A DNA stretch of 63,478 bases, filler included, from Deltaproteobacteria bacterium (GTDB lineage: Bacteria > Myxococcota > JACRCW01): NCBI GenBank assembly GCA_016218805.1. It is 4 parts of 4 records of this genome, joined end to end, with 100 filler letters (N's around TTAATTAATTAA, not from the genome) between each part and the next. Parts side by side here need not be neighbours in the genome. Positions count along the whole stretch, not along the records: positions 1 to 29,181 come from JACRCW010000005.1; positions 29,282 to 37,874 come from JACRCW010000060.1; 2 more parts are not named here. One strand, 5' to 3'. The translations under genes were made by a program, and so were the position numbers. Shown one piece after another: positions 26,842 through 35,075 of the stretch. Below the pieces are notes generated by a model that was given only the letters and a program-made list of their open reading frames with translations, was not told the DNA's origin and searched no databases. Every line of letters begins with the position of its first letter. The stretch's first letter is position 1.

Positions 26842-29079
26842 ATGTTGCGTCGGGCGTCGCTGGTGCTGGGGGCTGTGCTGTGGTGCGCGTGCCCCCGGGC
26901 CCCCACGGGCACCCAGGCGTGCAACTCCGCCACAGACTGCGCGCAGTACCAGGCCTGCGAGGACGGGATATGCGTGGCGCGCACCGGAGGCGGATCGTCC
27001 GGCACCGTGGGTGGCAGCGGTGGGTCCTCGCCGTCCGGCGGCAGCGGGCGCTCCGGCAGTGGCGCCACGGGTGCTCCGGCCTCCGGGTCCTCCGGCGGGT
27101 GGGTGGTGGCCGGCAGTTCATCCGGTGGCGCGGGCAGCAGCGGCGGGCTGGTGCCGTGCTCCAGCGGCTGGCTGCGGTGCGCGGGTGACTGCGTGGACCC
27201 CATGACGGACGTGAACTTCTGCGGTGCCACGGGTGACTGCCTGGGGGCCCACGCCGGCCAGTCCTGCCTGGGCGCCAAGGCGTGCCTGCAGGGTGCGTGC
27301 GGTGAGGCGTGCCCGGCCACGTTGCTGACCTGCCCCAACCCGGCAGGCGGCACGCCGTGGTGCGTGGACCCCACGGCAAGCACGCTGTTCTGCGGAGCGG
27401 CGGGTGACTGCCAGGGCGGCAACGCCGGCGCGGTGTGCCCGCTGGGAATGACCTGCACGGCGGCGGGCTGCGCCTGCCCCGCCGGCGCAAGGCCATGCCG
27501 TGACACCTGCATCCCGGAGGCGTCCTGCTGTGACGCCAGCGGCTGCCAGAACGCGGGCGAGGTGTGCGCGCCGGTTGCCGATGGCGGCGCGGCCCGCGGG
27601 TGCGCGTGCCCCGCAGGTACCCGGTTGTGCGGGGGGGCGTGCATCACGGAGGCGTCGTGTTGCGGGGACTCGGACTGCACGCGGACGGGTGAGCATTGCG
27701 GGGCGGTCACCGTCCTGTCCGGCCAGCGCGTCCGTTCCTGCGAATGCCCGACGGGACAGGCGCTCTGCAACGGCGCGTGCGTGGCGGCCACCGGGTCATG
27801 CTGCGCGGACGGCGACTGCCACCCGGGCCAGCAGTGCGTGGAATCCGCGTCCCCCCCTGCGCGCGAATGCCGCTGCCCAACCGGGCAGTTCTTCTGCGCG
27901 CGGTTTGACCGCTGCGTGGCGGACGGGACCTGCTGCGCGGACGGTGACTGCCCGGGGACAAACCCAACGTGCGCGGCGGCGGCGCCTGACGGCGGCCCCG
28001 CATGCACGTGCGGGACGGGCTACCGGGTGTGCGGGAGCGCGTGCATCCCGTTGGGGACGTGCTGCGCCGACGCGGACTGCCCGGGTGCGCTGTGCCCGGT
28101 GCCGGGGGAGAGCTGCACCTGCCCGCCCATGACGCGCGCCTGCGGTGCGGCCTGCATTGCCAACACAACCTGCTGCAATGAACCGTCGGATTGCGGCCCG
28201 GGGGCTGCGTGTCCCTCAGCCGGCGGCGCGTGCACGTGCACCACGGGGCACCACCGGTGCGGACCCGCCTGCATCCCGGATGGCACCTGCTGCAATGCGC
28301 CCAATGACTGCACGGCCGGCACCTGCCCGGCACCGGGCGGGACATGCCAGGCCACGTGCACGGGCGTGGTGGACTGCGCGGGCGTGTGCAACGGCACCGC
28401 TGTGCGGGACTGCGCGGGCACGTGCAACGGAAGCGCAACGACGGATTGCCTGGGCGCCTGCGGCGGCACGGCGGTGGTGGACTGCCTGGGCGTGTGCAAC
28501 GGCGGGGCCTCGGGCACGGCCTGCGGGTGCCCCGGCGGCGCCACCCGGGACTGCGCGGGCGTCTGTGGCGGGTCGGCCGTGCTGGACTGCGCCGGCGCGT
28601 GCAATGGCAGCGCCGTGCGGGATTGTGCCGGCGCGTGCAACGGCAGTGCGGTGCGTGACTGCGCCGGGACGTGCAACGGGAGCGCGCAGGTGGATTGTGC
28701 CGGCGCGTGCAACGGCAGCGCCGTGCGTGACTGTGCCGGGACGTGCAACGGCAGTGCGGTGCGTGACTGCGCCGGGACGTGCAACGGGAGTGCGGCGCGT
28801 GACTGCGCCGGGACGTGCAACGGCAGCGCCGTGCGTGACTGCGCCGGGACGTGCAACGGGAGCGCCCAGGTGGACTGCACCGGCGTCTGCGGCGGCGGCG
28901 CCACCCTCTCCAGCTGCGGCGCGCTGGGGTGGTGTGACGCCTCGGCGCTGAACACGGGCACCACCCAGGCGTATCCCAACGGCTGCGGCGGAAACATGCA
29001 GTGCGGCGAGTGCTGCCACACCGGAACCTTCTGTGCGCCCTGGGGAACCTACGGCCCTCCTGCACTCCGAATGGGTTGA
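26842..29079 (+). CDS. Large cysteine-rich repeat surface lipoprotein, 3' end probably interrupted by an IS
   Basis: GGAGG RBS, WCAC signal, Gly/Ser linker, CVDP.TD..FCG modules, C.C..G...C...C....CC modules and 14 DCxGxC repeats. The last 8 codons lie within the IS end. Confidence 0.8.
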   Translation: MLRRASLVLGAVLWCACPRAPTGTQACNSATDCAQYQACEDGICVARTGGGSSGTVGGSGGSSPSGGSGRSGSGATGAPASGSSGGWVVAGSSSGGAGSSGGLVPCSSGWLRCAGDCVDPMTDVNFCGATGDCLGAHAGQSCLGAKACLQGACGEACPATLLTCPNPAGGTPWCVDPTASTLFCGAAGDCQGGNAGAVCPLGMTCTAAGCACPAGARPCRDTCIPEASCCDASGCQNAGEVCAPVADGGAARGCACPAGTRLCGGACITEASCCGDSDCTRTGEHCGAVTVLSGQRVRSCECPTGQALCNGACVAATGSCCADGDCHPGQQCVESASPPARECRCPTGQFFCARFDRCVADGTCCADGDCPGTNPTCAAAAPDGGPACTCGTGYRVCGSACIPLGTCCADADCPGALCPVPGESCTCPPMTRACGAACIANTTCCNEPSDCGPGAACPSAGGACTCTTGHHRCGPACIPDGTCCNAPNDCTAGTCPAPGGTCQATCTGVVDCAGVCNGTAVRDCAGTCNGSATTDCLGACGGTAVVDCLGVCNGGASGTACGCPGGATRDCAGVCGGSAVLDCAGACNGSAVRDCAGACNGSAVRDCAGTCNGSAQVDCAGACNGSAVRDCAGTCNGSAVRDCAGTCNGSAARDCAGTCNGSAVRDCAGTCNGSAQVDCTGVCGGGATLSSCGALGWCDASALNTGTTQAYPNGCGGNMQCGECCHTGTFCAPWGTYGPPALRMG
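28372..28899 (+). repeat. Intragenic 36-bp tandem repeat encoding (R/V)DCAG(T/A/V)CNGSA(V/Q)
   Basis: 14 DCxGxC units counted, e.g. GACTGCGCCGGGACGTGCAACGGCAGTGCGGTGCGT. Confidence 0.92.
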
Positions 29080-29181
29080 AATTGACGCATGGGATCACGA
29101 GAGCATGGTTGGCAGCGGCGGGCAGAGTCCGCCGAACTTGGCATAGGCCAGCGCAATGAGGGCTTCGGCGGAGTGGAATCC
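29053..29181 (-). mobile_element. Right end of an ISL3-family insertion sequence (transposase C-terminus plus terminal repeat)
   Basis: 29181-29095 on the minus strand reads GFHSAEALIALAYAKFGGLCPPLPTMLS*, resembling ISL3 transposase C-termini. It is followed by ...ACCCATTCGGAGTGCAGGAGGGCC, an ISL3-like terminus, at a contig break. Confidence 0.75.
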
Positions 29182-29281
29182 NNNNNNNNNNNNNNNNNNN
29201 NNNNNNNNNNNNNNNNNNNNNNNNNTTAATTAATTAANNNNNNNNNNNNNNNNNNNNNNNNNNNNNNNNNNNNNNNNNNNN
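29182..29281. other. Artificial contig linker (N-run with TTAATTAATTAA)
   Basis: The same 100-nt N/TTAATTAATTAA/N spacer occurs three times and places stops in all frames. Confidence 0.97.
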
Positions 29282-29426
29282 CACCGCGCCGGCGCCACCG
29301 GGGAGGGGCACCGCGCCGCCGCCACCGGGGAGGGGCACCGCGCCGGCGCCACCGGGGAGGGGCACCGCGCCGCCGCCGCCGGGGAGGGGCACCGCGCCGC
29401 CGCCGCCGGGAAGCGGCACTGCGCCC
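29282..29426 (-). repeat. Intragenic 27-bp tandem repeat (GAVPLPGGG/GAVPLPGGA)
   Basis: About 5 copies of CACCGCGCCGCCGCCACCGGGGAGGGG up to the contig edge. Confidence 0.9.
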
Positions 29427-29557
29427 GCGTCGGCCGCAGGCGCCTGGACCACGAACGCATGCAGGCACTTGGGGCACTTGATCTGCACCCCCTGCGGGGG
29501 GATCCGCTTCTCGTCGACGTTGTACTGGGAACTGCACTGAGGGCAGCTGATGCGCAT
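29282..29557 (-). CDS. MJ0042-type zinc-ribbon protein, N-terminal part (partial)
   Basis: MRISCPQCSSQYNVDEKRIPPQGVQIKCPKCLHAFVV, then GAVPLPGG(G/A) repeats running into the gap. Confidence 0.85.
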
Positions 29558-29724
29558 GAAACACTCCGGGAACGGCGCTGCCGCCCCCATGGATATGGTG
29601 CCGGGGTGAACCCTATTTCATCCCGGCGCAGGACCTGAAGTGGCGGGGCACCCCGCACGTTCCCCCGGGGGCACCCGGCCCGGGGCCCTTGACATACGAC
29701 CTCCGTTCCCGCGTTGATTTGCCC

Positions 29725-30921
29725 ATGCCGTCGGTGTCCCTTGCTGTGCTCGCGCTGCTTCTCGTCCAGGCCAAGCCCGCTTCCCCGCCCGCGCCTACCA
29801 CGCCGCGCGCGCTGGTGGTCCTGGTGGACTCCTCCCCGGCCGCCCCCCCGGAGCTCCGCGGCCAGCTCGTCGGCGCCCTCCAGACCGAAGTTGAGCGCTC
29901 CGTGGGCTTCAAGTGGGTGGACCCGCCGGCCATCTCCGTTGACGAGCTGGCGCTTGCCCTCAACTGCGGCGGCATGGATGACGCCTGCCTGCGCGGCGCG
30001 GGTGACAACCTCAAGGCGGACGCCGTCATGCTGGTCAGCGTGGGTGCGGGCGGCCGCAAGGAGGTCGTGATTTCGCTGGTGCACGTGCGGCCCCCCAAGC
30101 CCACGCGGCTCACCTCCATCCCCCTGGCGGACCTGGGTGCCACCGTGCAGGAAGTCCGCAACGCCGCCCGGTCCCTGCTGGGCCCGGTGAAGCCCACCCG
30201 CCTGGTGGTCGTTACCGATCCGCCGGGAGCGCTGGTCAGCGTGGACGGCAAGGCGGTGGGCCCGGCACCCTACTCGGTCAATGACCTCGCGCAGGGCCCG
30301 CATTCCGTGGCGGTGCAGCTGCAGGGGTACCAACCGCAATCCACCAAGGTGGACCTCAAGATCGGCGAAGCCTCCGAGGTCCGCCTGACCCTGCAGTCCA
30401 ACAAGCCCGCGCCCCCCCCGGCCGCCACGCCGGCGCCCGCGCCTCCTGTTGCCGCCGCCCCCCCGCAACCCGCCCCGCCTCCCGCGGCCCGCCCCCCCGC
30501 GGCAACGCCCGCACCCGTCCCGGCGCCGTTGGAGACTGCGGCGGCCGCTCCCCCGGCGTGGCACCGCGCCAAGTACTTCAGCCCGGTGCCGGGCGCGGCG
30601 GGTCTGGCAGCAGGCGTGCTGGGCCTGGCCGCAGGGGCCGTGGTGACTGCGTGGGGCGCCAATGCGGGCAGCCTGGAAGAGGACCGCCTCCGCCCGGATC
30701 TCAACAGCACGCTGAAGCTGCTGAACAACTCCGTGTGCAAGAAGAACAGCGCCGGCCAGATGGAATGCAGCACATCCCTCTTCAGCCAGCGCAATGCCGT
30801 CTACCACCAGTTCGCCGTGCTGGGCCTGGGCATCGCGGGCATGGTCCTCGGCGCCGTGGTGGTCCTCAGCGGGCTCGCCCTGCTGGCGCTCAGCCCCCTG
30901 CCGATGATCTTCCTGGAGTGA
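29725..30921 (+). CDS. PEGA domain-containing membrane protein
   Basis: Signal peptide, LVVVTDPPGALVSVDGKAVG.AP...L.QGPHSV...LQGY PEGA pattern, Pro/Ala linker and two C-terminal hydrophobic helices. Confidence 0.82.
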   Translation: MPSVSLAVLALLLVQAKPASPPAPTTPRALVVLVDSSPAAPPELRGQLVGALQTEVERSVGFKWVDPPAISVDELALALNCGGMDDACLRGAGDNLKADAVMLVSVGAGGRKEVVISLVHVRPPKPTRLTSIPLADLGATVQEVRNAARSLLGPVKPTRLVVVTDPPGALVSVDGKAVGPAPYSVNDLAQGPHSVAVQLQGYQPQSTKVDLKIGEASEVRLTLQSNKPAPPPAATPAPAPPVAAAPPQPAPPPAARPPAATPAPVPAPLETAAAAPPAWHRAKYFSPVPGAAGLAAGVLGLAAGAVVTAWGANAGSLEEDRLRPDLNSTLKLLNNSVCKKNSAGQMECSTSLFSQRNAVYHQFAVLGLGIAGMVLGAVVVLSGLALLALSPLPMIFLE

Positions 30922-30940
30922 CCGCGGTCAGGGATATCCG

Positions 30941-31224
30941 TCCAAGGCGGTTTGAACCGGCCCGGGTGTACCCCGGGGGTAGGGGCGAGGCGGTTGCAAC
31001 CGACCCCAGGTGGACCCTGGGGTCCAGGGCAGGGCGGTTTGAGCCGGCCCGGGTGTACCCCTGGGGTTGGGGCGAGGCGGTCAGAACCGGCCCGGGCGTA
31101 CCCCGGGGGTAGGGGCAAGGCGGTTTGAACCGGCCCGGGTGTACCCGGGGGGTAGGGGCGAGGCGGTTGCAACCGCCCCCGGGTGGACCCCGGGTCCGGG
31201 CAGGGCGGTTTCGACCGCCTTGGA
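30941..31224. repeat. Intergenic REP/BIME-like array: about 6.5 copies of a 42-44-bp palindromic unit bounded by 11-bp inverted repeats
   Basis: Units start at 30945, 30988, 31032, 31075, 31118, 31161 and 31203 (consensus AGGCGGTTTGAACCGGCCCGGGTGTACCCCGGGGGTAGGGGCG). Ends are TCCAAGGCGGT and ACCGCCTTGGA. Lies between convergent genes. Confidence 0.88.
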
Positions 31225-31230
31225 GGCTGG

Positions 31231-32775
31231 TCAGGGCACCGGCCGCAGCCGCGGCGATGTGGCCACCGTCACAGGTTTGCCCGCCTTCCCGGCGGCGCGC
31301 AGGTAGCGGACCACGGGTTCGCGCCAGTGCATGGCGGTCTCTTCGGGGTTGGGGTCGTACTCCTTGAGGCGGTAGCGGTCCCCGCCGCGGTACATGAAGT
31401 CATTGACGATGCAGCGGTACTTGCGGCCCGCCTCCAGCGGCTGTCCGCGGCGGTCCAGCAGGCGCTTCACCGCGCGCTTGCCCGCGGCGTCCACACTGAC
31501 CTCCGCGGTCAGGCCGCCGGGCAGCGTCTGGGGGTTCTCCATCACGTCCATGATCTGTTCCGTGGTGAGGGACACCACCATCAGGTAGTTGTCAAACGGC
31601 ATGGCGCCAATGATGTCCCGCATGCGCACCGGGCCACCGTCCACGTCCTGCCGGAACCCGCCGGTGTTGGTGAACGCAAACTCCGCGTACGGCAGCGCGT
31701 CCAACCACGAATCCACGACCAGATACCCCATGGTGTTCACCGGCTCCGCGCGTGTCAGCCCGGCGGGGATGGTGGCCAGGACCTCGGCGCCGCGGGTTTC
31801 CGCCTGGGTGCGCGCTTCAGCGGCCACGCCCAGGATGCCTTCACTGGGCGCGTAGCTGGGCTTGCTGCGCAGTCCGGCCACCATCTCAATGATGCTCTTC
31901 TGCGCCAACAGCGCGCCGGTCTGGGCGTCCACGGTGAGATCCACGCGGCAGTAGGACCGCGCGTAGGGCCCCGGGTTGCAGAACACCACGTCGTCAGCAA
32001 TGCCTGCGCCGCCCTCTTCAGTCTCCAGCTTGCCGTTGTGGCGGTGGCCGCAGATCACCAGGGACACGCCCAGCCGGCGCAGCAGCGGGGCCAGCGGGCG
32101 CATCTCATTGAGGTCCGCGTGCGCCAGCAGCACCACCACCTGCGCGCCCTGCGCCCGCGCCTCCGGCACCACGCGCTGCAGCGCCTCTTCATAGGGGCCA
32201 AGCTCCAGGCCGCCCAGGTTGCGCGCGTCCGTGGTGTACGGCGTCTCCAGCGTGGTCAGGCCCACCAGGCCCACCTTCACGCCGGCCGCTTCCGTCAGCG
32301 TGTGCGTCCGCACGTAGGGCGGCGGGCTGCGCGTGCCGCGGATGAACAGGTTGGCGCTCAGCAGCGGGAAGCCCGCCTCATGCGCCCGCTTCTGCAGCGC
32401 CTCCTGCCCAAAGTCAAAATCATGGTTCCCGATGGACGCGGCGTCGTACCCCATGGCGTTCATGATCTGCACCATGGGGCGGCCCTGCAGGACGGTGTCC
32501 TCGTACGGGCCGGTCCACATGTCCCCGCCGGACAGGAGCACTGCGTCGCGGGGGCGGTAGCCTTCGCGGCCCACCAGCTGGCCCATCAGGTACGCCATGC
32601 CGCCCTGGTAGCTGTCCTGGCCCTTCTGGGTGAGCGGTTCCAGCCAGCCGTGTTCATCCGTGGTGGCCAGGACAGTGACCTTCAGCGGCGGGGCCGGAGC
32701 CGCGCCCTTCTGTGCCAGCGCGAGCCCCCCGGCGAGCACCGCCGCGCCCGCCATCCCGCATCCCAGCCACCTCAT
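31231..32775 (-). CDS. Bifunctional metallophosphatase / 5'-nucleotidase
   Basis: AGGAG RBS, signal peptide; TTDEHG, GGDMWTG, GNHDFDFG, CGHRH, NTGGFR and MPFDN. Confidence 0.92.
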   Translation of the reverse strand: MRWLGCGMAGAAVLAGGLALAQKGAAPAPPLKVTVLATTDEHGWLEPLTQKGQDSYQGGMAYLMGQLVGREGYRPRDAVLLSGGDMWTGPYEDTVLQGRPMVQIMNAMGYDAASIGNHDFDFGQEALQKRAHEAGFPLLSANLFIRGTRSPPPYVRTHTLTEAAGVKVGLVGLTTLETPYTTDARNLGGLELGPYEEALQRVVPEARAQGAQVVVLLAHADLNEMRPLAPLLRRLGVSLVICGHRHNGKLETEEGGAGIADDVVFCNPGPYARSYCRVDLTVDAQTGALLAQKSIIEMVAGLRSKPSYAPSEGILGVAAEARTQAETRGAEVLATIPAGLTRAEPVNTMGYLVVDSWLDALPYAEFAFTNTGGFRQDVDGGPVRMRDIIGAMPFDNYLMVVSLTTEQIMDVMENPQTLPGGLTAEVSVDAAGKRAVKRLLDRRGQPLEAGRKYRCIVNDFMYRGGDRYRLKEYDPNPEETAMHWREPVVRYLRAAGKAGKPVTVATSPRLRPVP

Positions 32776-32859
32776 GCCGTCACTCCTCGCCCCGGCGCCG
32801 CCCGGGGCCACCCAAAAACGCGTCACCGTAACGACAGTGGGACGCCCAAGACAACCCGC

Positions 32860-33996
32860 CTATTGGGGGTCAAACGCAAACAGCGTGGCGGGCAGTGCGC
32901 CGTTGAACAGCCGGACCCGGCGCGTGGCGTTGCGGCCGAACTCGCGCTCAAAGCCCAGGTGCCCGCTGAACAGGGACACGCGCCAGCCCGTCCACGTCTT
33001 GGAGACTTCGCCCAGGGACCGGTAGAGGCCGCGCACCTGCAGGTCCTTGCCAATGCGCTCCGCGTACGGCGGGTTGGACACCACCAGCCCCGGGCCCGGC
33101 GGCAGCGCCAGCCGCCGCACGTCCCCGCGCTCCACCCGCACTGCGCCGCTCACGCCCGCGCGGATGACGGACTCCTGCAGCGTGCGCATGGGGCGGTCCA
33201 GCCAGTCCCGCGCCAGGATGTCCGGCGCCTGGGTGCGCACGGCCTCCCGCGCGCGGTGCACCAGGCGGTGCCAGCTGGACTGCTGCGCCCCGGCGAACGA
33301 CGGCCACCGCTCAAACGCAAAGTGCCGCCCCAGCCCCGGCGCGCGCCCCAGCGCAATGAGCGCCGCCTCCACGGCAATGGTCCCGCTGCCCGCCATGGGA
33401 TCGCAGAAGGGCTCGGTGCCGCGGTAGCCGGACAACAGCACCAGCGCGGCAGCCAGGGTCTCCTTGAGCGGGGCCTCCACATCAGCCGGGCGGTAGCCGC
33501 GGCGGTGCAGCGCCTGCCCGGCCAGGTCCAGGTACACCTGCGCCTGCGGCCCGCGGATGTGCACCACCACCGGGACGTCCGGGTTTTTCGCGTCCACGTT
33601 GGGGCGCGCGCCCACGCGGTCCCGCAGGGTGTCCGCAATGGCGTCCTTCACCTTCAGCGCCACAAACCCGGAGTGCCGCAGCGCCTCATTCCCGCCGTTG
33701 GCCTCCACGGCAATGGTGTGGCGCGGCGTGACGTGGTCCAGCCAGTTGATGGTGCGCACGCCTTCATACAGCGCGTCCTGGTCCGCGGCGGGGACCTGCG
33801 CCAGGCGCCACAGCACGCGCATGGCGGTGCGCAGCTCCAGGCACGCGCGCATGCCGTCCTCCACGGTGCCCGCAAACGCCACGCTGCCCCGGCCCGCGCG
33901 CACCTCCTTCATGCCCAACGCGCGCAACTCGTCGCGCAGCGCGGGTTCTGTCCCCAGCGCCGCGGTGGCCGTGAAGGCAAGTCGCTCGTCACTCAT
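32860..33996 (-). CDS. THUMP-domain RNA methyltransferase (RlmL/UPF0020-like)
   Basis: Motifs KVKDAIAD, LDLAGQALHRRGYR, APLKETLAAA, DPMAGSGTIAVEAA and SNPPY. Confidence 0.9.
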   Translation of the reverse strand: MSDERLAFTATAALGTEPALRDELRALGMKEVRAGRGSVAFAGTVEDGMRACLELRTAMRVLWRLAQVPAADQDALYEGVRTINWLDHVTPRHTIAVEANGGNEALRHSGFVALKVKDAIADTLRDRVGARPNVDAKNPDVPVVVHIRGPQAQVYLDLAGQALHRRGYRPADVEAPLKETLAAALVLLSGYRGTEPFCDPMAGSGTIAVEAALIALGRAPGLGRHFAFERWPSFAGAQQSSWHRLVHRAREAVRTQAPDILARDWLDRPMRTLQESVIRAGVSGAVRVERGDVRRLALPPGPGLVVSNPPYAERIGKDLQVRGLYRSLGEVSKTWTGWRVSLFSGHLGFEREFGRNATRRVRLFNGALPATLFAFDPQ

Positions 33997-34468
33997 CGGG
34001 GTTGGGCGTGGGCTCGTCCATCGTCATCAGCTTTTCCAGCGTGTCCTCGCTGCGCCGCATGCCCATCTTGGCCAGCGCTTCACGCGCGGTGGGTTGGCTC
34101 TTGAGGATGGCCGTCACGTGCGCCTTGTCAAACACCAGCACCTCCAGGTCCGCCTGCGCCGTCACGGACGCGGAGCGCGGGGCGTCCGTCACCACCGCCA
34201 TCTCGCCAAAGAAGCTGCCCGCCCCCAGCGTGGCCACCTGTTTCTCGCCGCCCATGTCGTCCACCGTGACCTTCACGCTGCCGCGCAGGATCACGTACAT
34301 GGCGTCCCCCGGCGTGCCCTCCTTCACCACGCACGTGCCAACGGGGAACTGTACCCGGTGGGCAATGTCCATCATGGCCTGGCGCCCGGCGGGATCCAGG
34401 AACTCGAACAGCTTGCTCTTCTGGGTGAACGCTTCCAGCGACAGCCCGAGCGGCAGTTCCAGTGGCAT
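33989..34468 (-). CDS. Stand-alone cyclic nucleotide-binding domain protein
   Basis: EGTPGDAMYVILRGSVKV and FFGEMAVVTDAPRSASVTA phosphate-binding cassette. No HTH. Confidence 0.88.
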   Translation of the reverse strand: MPLELPLGLSLEAFTQKSKLFEFLDPAGRQAMMDIAHRVQFPVGTCVVKEGTPGDAMYVILRGSVKVTVDDMGGEKQVATLGAGSFFGEMAVVTDAPRSASVTAQADLEVLVFDKAHVTAILKSQPTAREALAKMGMRRSEDTLEKLMTMDEPTPNPDE

Positions 34469-34499
34469 GCCCGCACTCTCCCCCGGCGTGCGCCGCGGC

Positions 34500-35075
34500 T
34501 CAAGAGTCACGCCGCAGCTGGTGCAGCAGGATGGCGGCGGCGGCGCGCACGGACAGGTGGTTGTAACGCGTCCCGTCTGGCGCGGCGCGGCCGGGGATGG
34601 GGGCCAGCGTCAGCGCGCACAGGTCCAGCGCGGGCTGCGCCAGCCCGTGCGCCGTGCCCAGCAGCAGCAGCGCATCCGCGCCCTGTTCCAGCTGGCGCCG
34701 GGCGGTCTCCAGCGGCACCGCGCCCGGCAGCGGCCGCGCACTGGTGGCCCACGCGGGCACCGCCCGGCCCGCCGCGCGCGTCTCCATCTCCAGCGCGGCC
34801 GTGATGGAGTCCACCACGCGCATGGCGGCAAACGCGCGCGCGCGGTCCGCGTTCTTCCGCGCGCCGTCCCCCACCGTCCAGTGGTGCACCAGGCGGTCAC
34901 ACAGCGCGCGCTGCGCGGCCACCGGCGTCACCACGTAGAAGGCGTCCACGCCAAAGGTGGCGCAGGACCGTGCAATGTCATGCAGGTCCGTATTGGTCAC
35001 CGCCGAAGCGATGGTGCTGCCGTCCTTGTGCAGCACCGGGTGGTGCACCAGCGCGAGCGAGAACCGGCCCATCAC
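34500..35075 (-). CDS. SPOUT-type RNA methyltransferase (Methyltrn_RNA_4 family)
   Basis: Motifs LALVHHPV, AVTNTDLHDIARS, YVVTP, ATSAR, LGTAHGL and YNHLSVRAAAAI. Confidence 0.85.
   Translation of the reverse strand: MMGRFSLALVHHPVLHKDGSTIASAVTNTDLHDIARSCATFGVDAFYVVTPVAAQRALCDRLVHHWTVGDGARKNADRARAFAAMRVVDSITAALEMETRAAGRAVPAWATSARPLPGAVPLETARRQLEQGADALLLLGTAHGLAQPALDLCALTLAPIPGRAAPDGTRYNHLSVRAAAAILLHQLRRDS

Noticed and set aside
28372..28899. CRISPR-like 36-bp periodicity
   Set aside because: In-frame coding repeat (12 aa) with variation mostly at synonymous positions and no spacers.
29182..29281. TTAATTAATTAA as a biological AT-rich site (also 37875-37974 and 58962-59061)
   Set aside because: Identical artificial linker inside N-runs. 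ORFs crossing it and synteny across it are not real.
30941..31224. CRISPR array
   Set aside because: Units are contiguous degenerate repeats with no unique spacers, leader or cas genes.
31183..34104. Very long unannotated ORFs such as 31183-34104(+), 14764-16962(+), 25539-28007(-), 51251-53620(+) and 60372-62177(+)
   Set aside because: Antisense or off-frame shadows of well-supported genes, expected at this GC content, with no recognisable motifs.
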